The notes under the pieces were generated by a model. The model was not told the DNA's origin, ran no database searches, and worked only from the letters and a program-made list of their open reading frames with translations. This document shows positions 26,099 to 35,948 of a stretch of DNA of 58,364 nucleotides, one piece after another (position 1 is the stretch's first letter; each line of letters opens with the position of its first letter). The DNA lies in the NCBI RefSeq assembly GCF_041929235.1, contig NZ_JBHFNP010000225.1:1-58364 (forward strand), given 5' to 3'. The position numbers were made by a program, and so were the translations under genes. This DNA is from Microseira sp. BLCC-F43 (GTDB lineage Bacteria; Cyanobacteriota; Cyanobacteriia; Cyanobacteriales; Aerosakkonemataceae).

Positions 26099-28408
26099 TC
26101 ATTTAATCGCGCAAGCAGCTGGAACATCAGCAACCATCAAGGCAGAGACGGCATCTAATAACTGTTCGGGAATAACGGGTTTAGTCAAATAATCATCGGC
26201 TCCCTCAGCGAGTATATTTGACAGATTTTCTGGCGTTTCTTGAGGAATTAGCGCCAAAATTTTGATGCCCCGTGTTGCCTTCGAGCTACGCAATAACCGC
26301 ATGACTTCATAACCACTCATTCCAGATAGTTGCACGTCCACTATGACGATCTGTGGTTGTAAAATCTCAATTTGCTTAACAGCAGCAGACCCTTCAATTA
26401 ACCATACCATCTGATAGTCTGCTGCGGTGAGAATATCGCAGATCAGGGTAGCACTTTCTTCCCGATCGCCAATTAAAGCAACGCGACCTGGAAGAATATC
26501 TGCTGCGCGTGCTGCGGCATCTCCCCCAATAGATGTTATCGGTTGACAGGGTAGCCAAACTGTAAAAATCGAGCCGACTCCGACAGTAGATTCAACTTCA
26601 ATTCGGCCTCTATGAAGTTCTATCAGTTGTTTTGTTAAAGCCAAACCCAAACCAACGCCTTCGTATTCGCGATTGTATGAAGTATCTAACTGTTGAAACT
26701 TCTGAAACAGTAAATGTCGCTGATGTTCGGGAATGCCGATGCCGGTGTCTTCTACCTGAAAGACAGCGGTATTTCCTTCTAACCAAACCCGCAGGATGAC
26801 TTTGCCATCGGGTGTGAATTTAATGCCATTGCTCAACAAATTCAACAGAATTTGTTTAAGGCGCTTGGGGTCAGCTCTAAAGCTGTCTTTGTTGGAAGGA
26901 ATCCGTAAATTTATCGCCAAATAGACGCCGTGTTCGATGGCTTTTCCCCGCAGGGTTTGCACCGTTTGAATTGCCAGTTCAGAAAGGGAAAAATCGGTGA
27001 TATTTAACACAGTTTTACCCGCTTCCACCTGAGACAAATCGAGGATATCGTTGATCAGTCCTAGCAGGTGTTCGCCGTTATCGTGGATAGTTTGTAGGTA
27101 ATCCCGCTGTCGCTGGGTGAGTTGACCAAAAGACCAACGCAACAGAGTGGAAGATAGCCCGATAATGCAGGTGAGGGGCGTCCGCAATTCGTGACTCATC
27201 GTTGCCAGAAATTCGCTCTTGGCGCGATTGGCAGATTGGGCGGCTAGCAGGGCGTCTTGCAGTTCAGAAGTGCGTTCGATCACCCTTTGTTCTAGGGTTT
27301 GTTTTTGTTGTTGCACCTGAGCATAAAGTTCGGCTTGGTGAATTGCAATCGCTAAGTGTTCTGCAATATGCCGCAGAAAGGTTTTTTCGCTTTCCTGCCA
27401 TTGACGCGGCTCAAAACATTGATGGGCAATCAGCAACCCCCACAATTGATCTTGAACCACAATCGGCACAACCAACTTGGCTCGTACCTGAATTCTTCCC
27501 ATGAACTCCAACATGCACTCGGAGAAGACGTAAGTACTTTCGACATCTTCCACCGCCAGGGTGAAGCCTTGGCGATATTTCTCCCGACGGTTTGGCACAT
27601 CAACAAAGCAGCGCTTATCCTCACCAGAATACAGCACAGAAACTATAGCATCGGAGACTCTGGCTTCGTAGGTAACGCGCCCCCAACCTTCGCAAGGAAT
27701 CATTGATTCATCATTATTCTGAATTTTGACTTCTGGCTGAAATTGATAAATTACTAATCGATCTGCCTGCAAAAAAGAGCGAACCTGTTCAAGTGCTGTT
27801 TCCAGGATTGCCGGTAACTCCAGAGTCTGGCGGATTTGGGTTGTTACCTGATTCAGGACGCCCTCTTGTTCGACTTGTTGGCGCAAAGCATCTTGGACGG
27901 GTTGACAAACAGAAACATAGGGGTAATCTGTTTCTAGGGTAGGCTCAAAGCTGGTATCGCTCGCCAGAATTTCTAGCAACGAGAGGGTAAACTCGCTCTG
28001 AAGGCTGGCGTCGTTGGGTTGGAGGATACGATTGGCTTGTTTTAAAGTTTCTGCGGCAATGGGACTATTGTTGAGTAGACTGGTGAGTTGGGAAACAAAG
28101 GCAGCGATCGCTTCCGGAGCAAAACTCAACCCCACGTGATAGCATTTCTGCTGAGGATTTGGGCAATCCAACGGTTGTGACTCGCAAGCCGTCCCCAACA
28201 GCAAGGCACTAAACCGCTGCGACACCAAGAAGGTAAAGCGTTCTGGCAACATTGTGGTAGGAACGGACATCCCCTGCACCACATCTTCGGTCAACAGTAG
28301 CGCACCTTCCCCAACTCTTTGAGCCATCTGCCCCAATGCCAGCCGCAGCCGATTAAAATTGGCAAGGGGCAAAGTGCGACGTAAAATTGAACTTTGGTAA
28401 CTTAGCAT
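26099..28408 (-). CDS. Hybrid sensor histidine kinase/response regulator (sensor-GAF-HisKA-HATPase-REC).
   Basis: H-box ATMSHELRTPL, a G-box region, and a C-terminal receiver domain with IVIVDVQLSGMSGYEVMRLL. Confidence 0.8.
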   Translation of the reverse strand: MLSYQSSILRRTLPLANFNRLRLALGQMAQRVGEGALLLTEDVVQGMSVPTTMLPERFTFLVSQRFSALLLGTACESQPLDCPNPQQKCYHVGLSFAPEAIAAFVSQLTSLLNNSPIAAETLKQANRILQPNDASLQSEFTLSLLEILASDTSFEPTLETDYPYVSVCQPVQDALRQQVEQEGVLNQVTTQIRQTLELPAILETALEQVRSFLQADRLVIYQFQPEVKIQNNDESMIPCEGWGRVTYEARVSDAIVSVLYSGEDKRCFVDVPNRREKYRQGFTLAVEDVESTYVFSECMLEFMGRIQVRAKLVVPIVVQDQLWGLLIAHQCFEPRQWQESEKTFLRHIAEHLAIAIHQAELYAQVQQQKQTLEQRVIERTSELQDALLAAQSANRAKSEFLATMSHELRTPLTCIIGLSSTLLRWSFGQLTQRQRDYLQTIHDNGEHLLGLINDILDLSQVEAGKTVLNITDFSLSELAIQTVQTLRGKAIEHGVYLAINLRIPSNKDSFRADPKRLKQILLNLLSNGIKFTPDGKVILRVWLEGNTAVFQVEDTGIGIPEHQRHLLFQKFQQLDTSYNREYEGVGLGLALTKQLIELHRGRIEVESTVGVGSIFTVWLPCQPITSIGGDAAARAADILPGRVALIGDREESATLICDILTAADYQMVWLIEGSAAVKQIEILQPQIVIVDVQLSGMSGYEVMRLLRSSKATRGIKILALIPQETPENLSNILAEGADDYLTKPVIPEQLLDAVSALMVADVPAACAIK

Positions 28409-28565
28409 TTGAAGGGTTTATTATCAAAAGCTGAATGCTTGGGCACATCAAAGCTTCTAACCTTTGGCGCCATCATTCAGGGAACATATTTAATTAATTA
28501 TCAATCCCGATTCCAGAACTGGGACAAGACTTAATGGTTTGTATAGGTAATATCTACAAAATACT

Positions 28566-31500
28566 ATGCATCGTATCGCCGCCACCCCTGGGGGTTGGAA
28601 TCCTGACACTGAAGGTGTAATCTTTGTCGAGCAAACCCCTGCTCCTATAGTCATTCTGACTGCTGCCGACACCGATATTCAAACCCTGGTTGCCGCTGTC
28701 AAGCAACTACCCGATGACTTTCCAGCACTACGGGTGGTCAATCTATTGCAGTTGCAGCAACAGCTAACCATCGATACCTATGCAGAACTTGTTCTGACAT
28801 CAGCACGGGTAATTATCCTGCGGTTATTGGGGGGACGCGCTTACTGGTCTTATGGATTGGAAGTCCTACAGGAGACAGTACGGCAAACCGGCGCCGCACT
28901 GATTGTACTCCCCGGAGATGACCGCCCCGACCCCGATTTGCTCGCTCTTTCCACGGTTTCTCTATCAAAGGTTAACCAAGTATGGCGCTACTTCACCGAA
29001 GGCGGCAGCGAAAATTGCGTTAACGCCCTCAAATTTGTCGCCGATATCTGCCTGGGACAATCCCACAACCCACCGCCACCCCAAGAAGTGCCGCGGGTGG
29101 GGCTTTATCGGCAAGAGGACTCTTGGACGCGGGGACCCGGAGACGCGGGGAATGACATCGACCCATCTTGTTCCCTACTTCCTAAAGTGGGACTGTTGTT
29201 TTATCGCGCGCATTATTTGGCGGGAAATACACTCCCAATTGATGCGCTTTGTCAAGCTTTAGCGGCACGACAGTTAGAACCAGTGCCGGTATTTGTTTCT
29301 TCGTTGCGCGATCGCGATGTCCAAGCCGAATTATCCCAATATTTCCAGCCGCCAGAAACAGCACCCGTGCAACTGATACTCAACACCACCAGTTTTGCAG
29401 TTGCAGATTTTAGCTTTTCGATTAGACTTGAGCCAAAATTCAGCCCCAAGACAGGCGAGACGCCTATTCCACAAGATTTATGGGAGAAGTCTAATTCAGA
29501 TTCAATCCACAATCTAGATGTCCCCGTTTTGCAAGTTATCCTCAGCGGCGGCACTGTAGAACAGTGGTCAGCCCAATTTCAGGGACTTTCCCCCCGCGAT
29601 ATGGCGATGAATGTCGCGCTACCAGAGGTGGATGGGCGAATCATTACCCGTGCGGTTTCTTTTAAAGCAATACAAACCCAAAATTCCCAGTTAGAGACGG
29701 ATGTAGTAATTTATCAACCCCATTTAGAACGGATAGAATTTGTGGCCGAATTAGCCGCTAACTGGGTGCGACTGCGGCAAACTCCCCCAGAAAAGCGACG
29801 AATTGCTCTAATTTTGGCAAATTATCCGTGTCGCGATGGCAGACTCGCCAATGGTGTGGGACTCGATACCCCTGCAAGTTGTGTAGAAATTCTCAAGGCG
29901 CTGCAACAAGCTGGATACTGGGTAGAAAATATACCCGCAACGGGGGATGAACTGATGCAACGTTTAACCGCTGGGGTGACCAATGACCCCGAAGGGCAAC
30001 AATTGCGCCCCGCAATGCAGCAGTTATCTTTGGAGGAATATCAAGCGTATTTTGCTACCTTGCCAGTTGAGGTGCAGAAAGAAATATGCGATCGCTGGGG
30101 AATTGGTAATGGGTCATTCCATTCCCAGGCGGAACCAGGGAACGAGGGTAATAGCAAAGAAAACCAATTAGCAATTAGCAATTACCAATTAGCAATTCCC
30201 GGCATTCAACTAGGCAATATTTTTGTCGGAATTCAACCGAGTCGGGGCTACGATCTCGACCCCAGTTTAAACTACCACGCCCCGGATTTAGAACCGCCCC
30301 ATAATTATCTGGCGTTTTATTATTGGGTGCGAAAACATTTTGGCTGTCACGCGATCGCTCATATCGGCAAGCACGGTAATTTAGAATGGTTACCGGGTAA
30401 AAGCGTCGCCCTATCGAATCAATGTTATCCCGAAATCGCCCTCGGCGCTTTGCCCCACCTCTACCCATTTATTGTCAACGACCCCGGTGAAGGTTCATCT
30501 GCAAAACGTCGCGCCCAAGCGGTTATTATCGCTCACCTCACGCCACCGATGACCAGGGCAGAATTATACGGTCCGCTGCAACAATTGGAAAGTTTAATAG
30601 ACGAGTATTACGAAGCACAGAATTTAGACCCCTCCCGACTCCCAGCAATCCGATCGCGCATCGCCCAGCTAGTAGAAAAAGAAAACTTGCATCAAGACTT
30701 GCAAATCGCTAATAGGCAAGAAAACCAATTACCCATTACCAATTACCCATTACCAATTACCCAACTAGACGGCTATCTTTGCGAACTAAAAGAAGCCCAA
30801 ATACGCGATGGGTTGCATATTTTTGGCCAATGTCCCCCAGGACGACAACTGCGAGATTTGATAGTTGCGATCGCTCGTCATCCAGGGGTCGGTCGTCTCG
30901 GTTTAACTCGCGCCTTAGCTCAAGATTTCGGCCTAGATTTTGACCCGCTTACCGCTGATATGTCAGCAGGTATTAGCCATCAGTCATCAATCATTGGTAA
31001 AGAATGTCGCACCGTCGGCGATATGGTTGAACTTCTGGAAGAACATGCAGCTAAATTAGTCGAACAACTAATATCTGAGTGCGAACAGCACACCTGCACA
31101 AGAGCATCTTTAAAAGCCACCCAACGCGAACTAGACTGGATACGCGCGCACCTCCTCCCCGCATTGCAACAAACTCACCAAGAAATTACCAACCTGTTGC
31201 GCGGACTCGACGGGCGCTTCGTCCCCCCCGCCCCCTCTGGCGCACCCACGCGGGGACGCCCGGAGGTTTTACCCACTGGTCGCAATTTTTACTCAGTTGA
31301 TATCAGGGGAATTCCCACCGAAACAGCTTGGGATGTCGGACGCAAGGCGGCAGAAGCTTTAATCGAACGCTACGCCCAAGAAAACGGAGAGTATCCGAAA
31401 GCACTGTGTTTATCCGTATGGGGGACATCCACGATGCGGACTGGCGGCGACGACATCGCCGAAGCATTGGCGTTAATCGGCGTCCAGCCGGTGTGGGATG

Positions 31501-32570
31501 GCCCGTCGCGGCGGGTGGTAGATTTTGAAATTTTACCAATATCGATTTTGGGGCGTCCCCGCGTAGATGTGACGTTGAGAATTTCCGGCTTTTTCCGGGA
31601 TGCTTTCCCGAATTTAATCGATTTATTCGACCAAGCCGTCGCAGCCGTGGCGGCGCTGGATGAGACGCCGGATGGCAATCCTTTGGCAGCTGCTGTGCGC
31701 CAGGAAACCCAGATGTGGATAGGTGCTGGGGTGGGAGAAGAACAGGCATTAGTGCGATCGCGCTATCGTATTTTTGGCTCAAAACCTGGTGCTTACGGTG
31801 CGGGATTGCAAGGTTTAATTGAATCCCAAAACTGGACAGATGAACAAGACCTTGCCCGTGCCTATATTAACTGGAGTTGTTACGCTTATACATCAGGATT
31901 TGGTAATAGGTCATTCCATTCCCAGGCGGAGTCAGGGAACGAGGGTAAAAACCAATTACCGATTACCAATTACCCATTACCCAACGCAGATCCAGAAGCC
32001 TTTGAACAGCGACTGCGGCAAATGCAAATAGTATTGCACAATCAAGATAACCGGGAACACGACTTACTAGATTCAGATGATTACTATCAGTTTCAAGGCG
32101 GTTTAACGGCATCGGTGCGTGCATTAACGGGCAAAAATCCTCAAACCTATTTCGGCGATAATTCTATTCCGAGTAATCCCAAAGTTAGGCAGTTAAAATC
32201 AGAAATTGCCCGCGTGTATCGTTCGCGCGTCGTTAATCCTAAATGGATTGCTGGGGCGATGCGCCACGGTTACAAAGGCGCGTTTGAAATCGCAGCAACG
32301 GTAGATTATTTATTTGCCTACGATGCAACGGCTAACTGCGTAGAAGATTTTATGTATGAAGGAGTTGCAGAAGCATATTTATTCGCTCCAGATGTACAGG
32401 CATTTATTCAACAGAAAAACCCTTGGGCATTGCGAGATATGGCAGAACGTTTGTTAGAAGCAAACCAGCGGGGTTTGTGGCAAAAAGTTGACCCAGAAAC
32501 CGTGGATAAATTGCGAGCGATCGCCCACCAAGCAGAAGCCAATATAGAAGCTACAAACTTCACATTGTAA
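28566..32570 (+). CDS. cobN: CobN/magnesium-chelatase-family protein (second paralog) carrying three in-frame repeat-element insertions.
   Basis: 1334 aa. Collinear with the 1404..5111 paralog. Extra peptide segments SFHSQAEPGNEGNSKENQLAISNYQLAIP, NRQENQLPITNYPLPITQ and SFHSQAESGNEGKNQLPITNYPLP are encoded by the repeat DNA at 30104..30200, 30715..30772 and 31898..31985. Confidence 0.8.
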   Translation: MHRIAATPGGWNPDTEGVIFVEQTPAPIVILTAADTDIQTLVAAVKQLPDDFPALRVVNLLQLQQQLTIDTYAELVLTSARVIILRLLGGRAYWSYGLEVLQETVRQTGAALIVLPGDDRPDPDLLALSTVSLSKVNQVWRYFTEGGSENCVNALKFVADICLGQSHNPPPPQEVPRVGLYRQEDSWTRGPGDAGNDIDPSCSLLPKVGLLFYRAHYLAGNTLPIDALCQALAARQLEPVPVFVSSLRDRDVQAELSQYFQPPETAPVQLILNTTSFAVADFSFSIRLEPKFSPKTGETPIPQDLWEKSNSDSIHNLDVPVLQVILSGGTVEQWSAQFQGLSPRDMAMNVALPEVDGRIITRAVSFKAIQTQNSQLETDVVIYQPHLERIEFVAELAANWVRLRQTPPEKRRIALILANYPCRDGRLANGVGLDTPASCVEILKALQQAGYWVENIPATGDELMQRLTAGVTNDPEGQQLRPAMQQLSLEEYQAYFATLPVEVQKEICDRWGIGNGSFHSQAEPGNEGNSKENQLAISNYQLAIPGIQLGNIFVGIQPSRGYDLDPSLNYHAPDLEPPHNYLAFYYWVRKHFGCHAIAHIGKHGNLEWLPGKSVALSNQCYPEIALGALPHLYPFIVNDPGEGSSAKRRAQAVIIAHLTPPMTRAELYGPLQQLESLIDEYYEAQNLDPSRLPAIRSRIAQLVEKENLHQDLQIANRQENQLPITNYPLPITQLDGYLCELKEAQIRDGLHIFGQCPPGRQLRDLIVAIARHPGVGRLGLTRALAQDFGLDFDPLTADMSAGISHQSSIIGKECRTVGDMVELLEEHAAKLVEQLISECEQHTCTRASLKATQRELDWIRAHLLPALQQTHQEITNLLRGLDGRFVPPAPSGAPTRGRPEVLPTGRNFYSVDIRGIPTETAWDVGRKAAEALIERYAQENGEYPKALCLSVWGTSTMRTGGDDIAEALALIGVQPVWDGPSRRVVDFEILPISILGRPRVDVTLRISGFFRDAFPNLIDLFDQAVAAVAALDETPDGNPLAAAVRQETQMWIGAGVGEEQALVRSRYRIFGSKPGAYGAGLQGLIESQNWTDEQDLARAYINWSCYAYTSGFGNRSFHSQAESGNEGKNQLPITNYPLPNADPEAFEQRLRQMQIVLHNQDNREHDLLDSDDYYQFQGGLTASVRALTGKNPQTYFGDNSIPSNPKVRQLKSEIARVYRSRVVNPKWIAGAMRHGYKGAFEIAATVDYLFAYDATANCVEDFMYEGVAEAYLFAPDVQAFIQQKNPWALRDMAERLLEANQRGLWQKVDPETVDKLRAIAHQAEANIEATNFTL
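30104..30200. repeat. Intragenic insertion of about 95 bp: conserved head ggtaat(g/a)ggtcattccattcccaggcgga.cagggaacgagggtaa plus a CAATTAG/CAATTAC heptamer array.
   Basis: A near-identical element lies at 31898..31985. A related heptamer array lies at 30715..30772. All are multiples of 3 bp and keep the cobN reading frame. Confidence 0.65.
31898..31985. repeat. Second copy of the intragenic repeat element inside cobN.
   Basis: tggtaataggtcattccattcccaggcggagtcagggaacgagggtaaaaaccaattaccgattaccaattacccattacc. Confidence 0.65.
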
Positions 32571-32573
32571 TAT

Positions 32574-32646
32574 TGGCTAATCGCTAATCGCTAATCGCAA
32601 AAAGGCCATTACCAATTACCAATTAGCAATTAGCCATTAGCCATTT
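32574..32646. repeat. STRR-like heptamer arrays (CTAATCG)n and (CAATTAC/G)n downstream of cobN.
   Basis: gctaatcgctaatcgctaatcgc ... ccattaccaattaccaattagcaattagccattagccatt. Confidence 0.7.
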
Positions 32647-32755
32647 ATATGATGTCCGGCAAATTGCCCTTAATTAAAACTCTCCGCGTCCCCGCATCCC
32701 CGCGTCCCCGCGTCAGTCCTAACTATGGGTATTCAAGCGTACATGATATTACAGA

Positions 32756-35698
32756 TCAATGGGAACTAAAACAAAGTTTGGAAACTCCAATCCAACCCGA
32801 AGTTTTCACCTTGATCCACTCAGAGTTTTGCAAAAGGTGAGTAGCATCCTCGGCGGAAAGAGGACGACTAAAGAAGTACCCCTGCATGTATTTGCAGCGG
32901 AGACTCCGCAATAACTCCTTGTGTTCTACTGTTTCCACTCCTTCTGCAACCACCTTGATATTTAGTACCTTGCCTAAAGCCACTATCGCCGCAATAATAG
33001 CCGCATCATTAGGATCTTTTGTCAGGTCGATCACAAAGGATTTGTCTATTTTTAGCTTGTGCAGCGGCAACTTTTTCAGATAGGAGAGCGAAGAATATCC
33101 TGTGCCAAAATCATCGAGTGAAATGCGGACTCCCATGTGATGCAATTCCAAAAGAGTTTCCCTGGTGTACTCCACATTTTTCATCGCAACAGATTCAGTA
33201 ATTTCTAATTCTAAAAACTTTGGTTCTAAACTTGTTTCTGACAAAACTCGTCCGACCATATCTACCAAATTAGCTTCCTGAAATTGTCGAGCTGAAAGGT
33301 TAACTGCTACGGATATCGGCGGCAACCCGGCATTTTGCCAAGCTTTATTTTGAGCGCAGGCAGTTTTTAGCACCCATTCGCCGATGGGTATAATCAGTCC
33401 GTTTTCTTCAGCCAACGGGATAAATGTTTCGGGGGACATAAACCCCTGTTGCGGATGTTGCCAACGCACCAAAGCTTCCATCTGGGTAATTTTACCAGCG
33501 GATGTATTAATTTGAGGTTGGTAGTGAACAACAAATTGTTGTTGTTCTAAAGCTGCGTGTAGCTTATGTTCTACAATCAATAATTCAGAAGCATTAGAAT
33601 TCATAACCGAGTTATAAAACTGATAGTTATTCCGGTTCTGTTCTTTAGCGCGGTAAAGAGCAGCATCTGCATTCTTTAACAGCGTTTCGCTATCTGTGCC
33701 GTCAGAAGGATAGATGGCGATACCGATGCTGCTACTGATATGAAGGTGATGTCCCTCTATCTCCAGATCTGGTTTGAGTGCTTCGAGAATTCTTTCGGCA
33801 ATTTTGGCGGCATCTTCTTTAGACTTAATATGGGTCAGTAAGACGGTGAATTCATCGCCTCCCCAACGAGCAATTGTGTCTTCCTCCCGCAAGCATTTAA
33901 CTAACCGTTTAGCAACCCCTTGCAACAAGCGATCGCCTATCAAATGACCCAAGGTATCGTTGATCTGTTTGAAACGATCCAAGTCTAAAAACATTACGCC
34001 CAAAATGCTTTGACTGCTAGCTGCATCTGTTAGTGCTTGAGACAGTCGCTCGTTGAATAGCATTTTATTAGGCAATCCCGTTAACAGGTCGTAGTTTGCC
34101 TGATAGCGAATCATTTCTGCCGAGCGCTGCCGTTCAGAAGCTTCTAGCGCCAAGGATACTAGATCGGCGATCGCAGCGGCAAAATTTTGTTCTTCCATCC
34201 CCCACTTGCGCTTAGTTCCCAGGTGTTCGTGACAGACAATCCCCACCATTTTGCCTTGCAACCAAATCGGTGCAGTTAATAGGGAAGTCATCCCCAGTAC
34301 GCCAAGATTGGAACGGTAATATTCTTGCGTTCTCAGATCGGTACTAACATCATACGCAGCTATTGTTCGCTCTTGTGTCAATGCTGCAAAATAGGCGGGA
34401 TAGTCGCTTGCTGCTATCTCAATTGTTTCTGCATTATGACCATTATTTCGATCGTACAAATTAAGGCGGCGCAACTGGGAGCAATTTTCGTTATATAACC
34501 ACACCGCCGCACGCTCAACCTCTAGGATACTAGCAGCAACTCCTGTAATTTCTTCCACAGCAGCGCTGAGACTGCCGTGATTCAATGTTTTACTTTTTGC
34601 TAAATATGCCAATGCTCGGTTTTGTTTGCGAAGGCGTTTTTCGCTGTTGCGTAATGTTTTTTCGGCTCGTTTGCGTTTGGTAATATCGCGCACGATCAGG
34701 ATGACTTGGGTTTTCTGGAACGGTACAAACCGCCCTTCAAAGGTTTTTTCGACGTTTTGAATCGGCAGGGAATATTCAATCGCCACTAACGACTTTGTCT
34801 TCATAACCTTGGCGATCGCATCCCGAAAGCGCTCCGCTACGCTGGGTGGAAAAACATCTTGCAAAAGGCAATCCAGTAATTGTCCCGCTGGCAGAAAAGC
34901 TTGTGATTCTCGCCCTGCCTGATAATCAATAATCCTGCCGTTGGCATCGAGGCGAAAATATAAGTCGGGAAATGCACCAAATATGGCTTTTATTTCAGCA
35001 CTCGCTTCCAGTAATTGATGCTCAATTAGCCAAATATGGCTAATATCCCGAAAGCTACAAACTCTGCCAACGATCTTTTCTCCTAACCGCTGGTTTAGGT
35101 AATAGCTCTCGAAAATTCTGCCATCTTTGAGAGCGAATACTCCGTATGCTTCTGCATCTGGTTCGGCGAGCAAGTCTTTAGCTTGACCAAGATATTGTTC
35201 GGGATATTTGAATTTTTCTAACATCAACGGTAGTATTGCTGTTAGCGATCGCGACTCTATAACTTCTTCGGGAATGTCGAACATTTCGACGAACCGACGA
35301 TTAAAAGTCACTATGGTTTCGCCGTTTTTAGTGGCTATTATGCCATCCCCCGTTGATTCCAGGGTTCCCAGCAACAACGCAAGCGATCGCTCTAATTCTG
35401 CTTCCGCTTTTTGCCGCTTCACTATTTCCTGCTGCAATTGCTCGTTAGCTATCTTTAACTTGGCAGTACACTCTTCGTATTTAATTTCTAACCCTGGGGG
35501 TGTTTGGTTCTCATTAGTACTTGGTCGGGACTTGTCCCATCGATCGCCAACTGGTTTTGATTGCACCCTTGTTTTGAGCAGCTTCGAGGTTGGTGCTAAG
35601 ATACACAGGCCAATCAATACTCCGATCAGGCCGCTTGCTAAATTTAACCACAAACCCGATTGTATAACTGCCTCTCTTACCCAAAATTCCTCTATCAT
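32756..35698 (-). CDS. Membrane-anchored PAS/GAF-GGDEF-EAL protein (diguanylate cyclase/phosphodiesterase).
   Basis: An N-terminal TM segment and coiled coil. A GGDEF active-site motif RWGGDEFTVLL. An EAL-domain motif MEALVRWQHPQQG, plus a downstream DDFGTGYSSL signature. Confidence 0.8.
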   Translation of the reverse strand: MIEEFWVREAVIQSGLWLNLASGLIGVLIGLCILAPTSKLLKTRVQSKPVGDRWDKSRPSTNENQTPPGLEIKYEECTAKLKIANEQLQQEIVKRQKAEAELERSLALLLGTLESTGDGIIATKNGETIVTFNRRFVEMFDIPEEVIESRSLTAILPLMLEKFKYPEQYLGQAKDLLAEPDAEAYGVFALKDGRIFESYYLNQRLGEKIVGRVCSFRDISHIWLIEHQLLEASAEIKAIFGAFPDLYFRLDANGRIIDYQAGRESQAFLPAGQLLDCLLQDVFPPSVAERFRDAIAKVMKTKSLVAIEYSLPIQNVEKTFEGRFVPFQKTQVILIVRDITKRKRAEKTLRNSEKRLRKQNRALAYLAKSKTLNHGSLSAAVEEITGVAASILEVERAAVWLYNENCSQLRRLNLYDRNNGHNAETIEIAASDYPAYFAALTQERTIAAYDVSTDLRTQEYYRSNLGVLGMTSLLTAPIWLQGKMVGIVCHEHLGTKRKWGMEEQNFAAAIADLVSLALEASERQRSAEMIRYQANYDLLTGLPNKMLFNERLSQALTDAASSQSILGVMFLDLDRFKQINDTLGHLIGDRLLQGVAKRLVKCLREEDTIARWGGDEFTVLLTHIKSKEDAAKIAERILEALKPDLEIEGHHLHISSSIGIAIYPSDGTDSETLLKNADAALYRAKEQNRNNYQFYNSVMNSNASELLIVEHKLHAALEQQQFVVHYQPQINTSAGKITQMEALVRWQHPQQGFMSPETFIPLAEENGLIIPIGEWVLKTACAQNKAWQNAGLPPISVAVNLSARQFQEANLVDMVGRVLSETSLEPKFLELEITESVAMKNVEYTRETLLELHHMGVRISLDDFGTGYSSLSYLKKLPLHKLKIDKSFVIDLTKDPNDAAIIAAIVALGKVLNIKVVAEGVETVEHKELLRSLRCKYMQGYFFSRPLSAEDATHLLQNSEWIKVKTSGWIGVSKLCFSSH

Positions 35699-35948
35699 TT
35701 TCCTATTTTGCTATTGAATACTTGCGGTTCTTTCTCGCGATTCAAAAAGCTATTTCACCTTCTCCTTATTATTTTAACTACTCTTTTTTTATCGTATAAA
35801 AGTTTAAAATTTATAAATATTTTACCCAGATTTTGGCGAATTAATTAAAGATTTAATCAAGTTATCAAACGTCGAGTTTTTTTGACAATTTAATCAATTC
35901 GGTTGATTTTAGCAACCGAATAATCACTGAAATTTTAGCTAATAGTTT

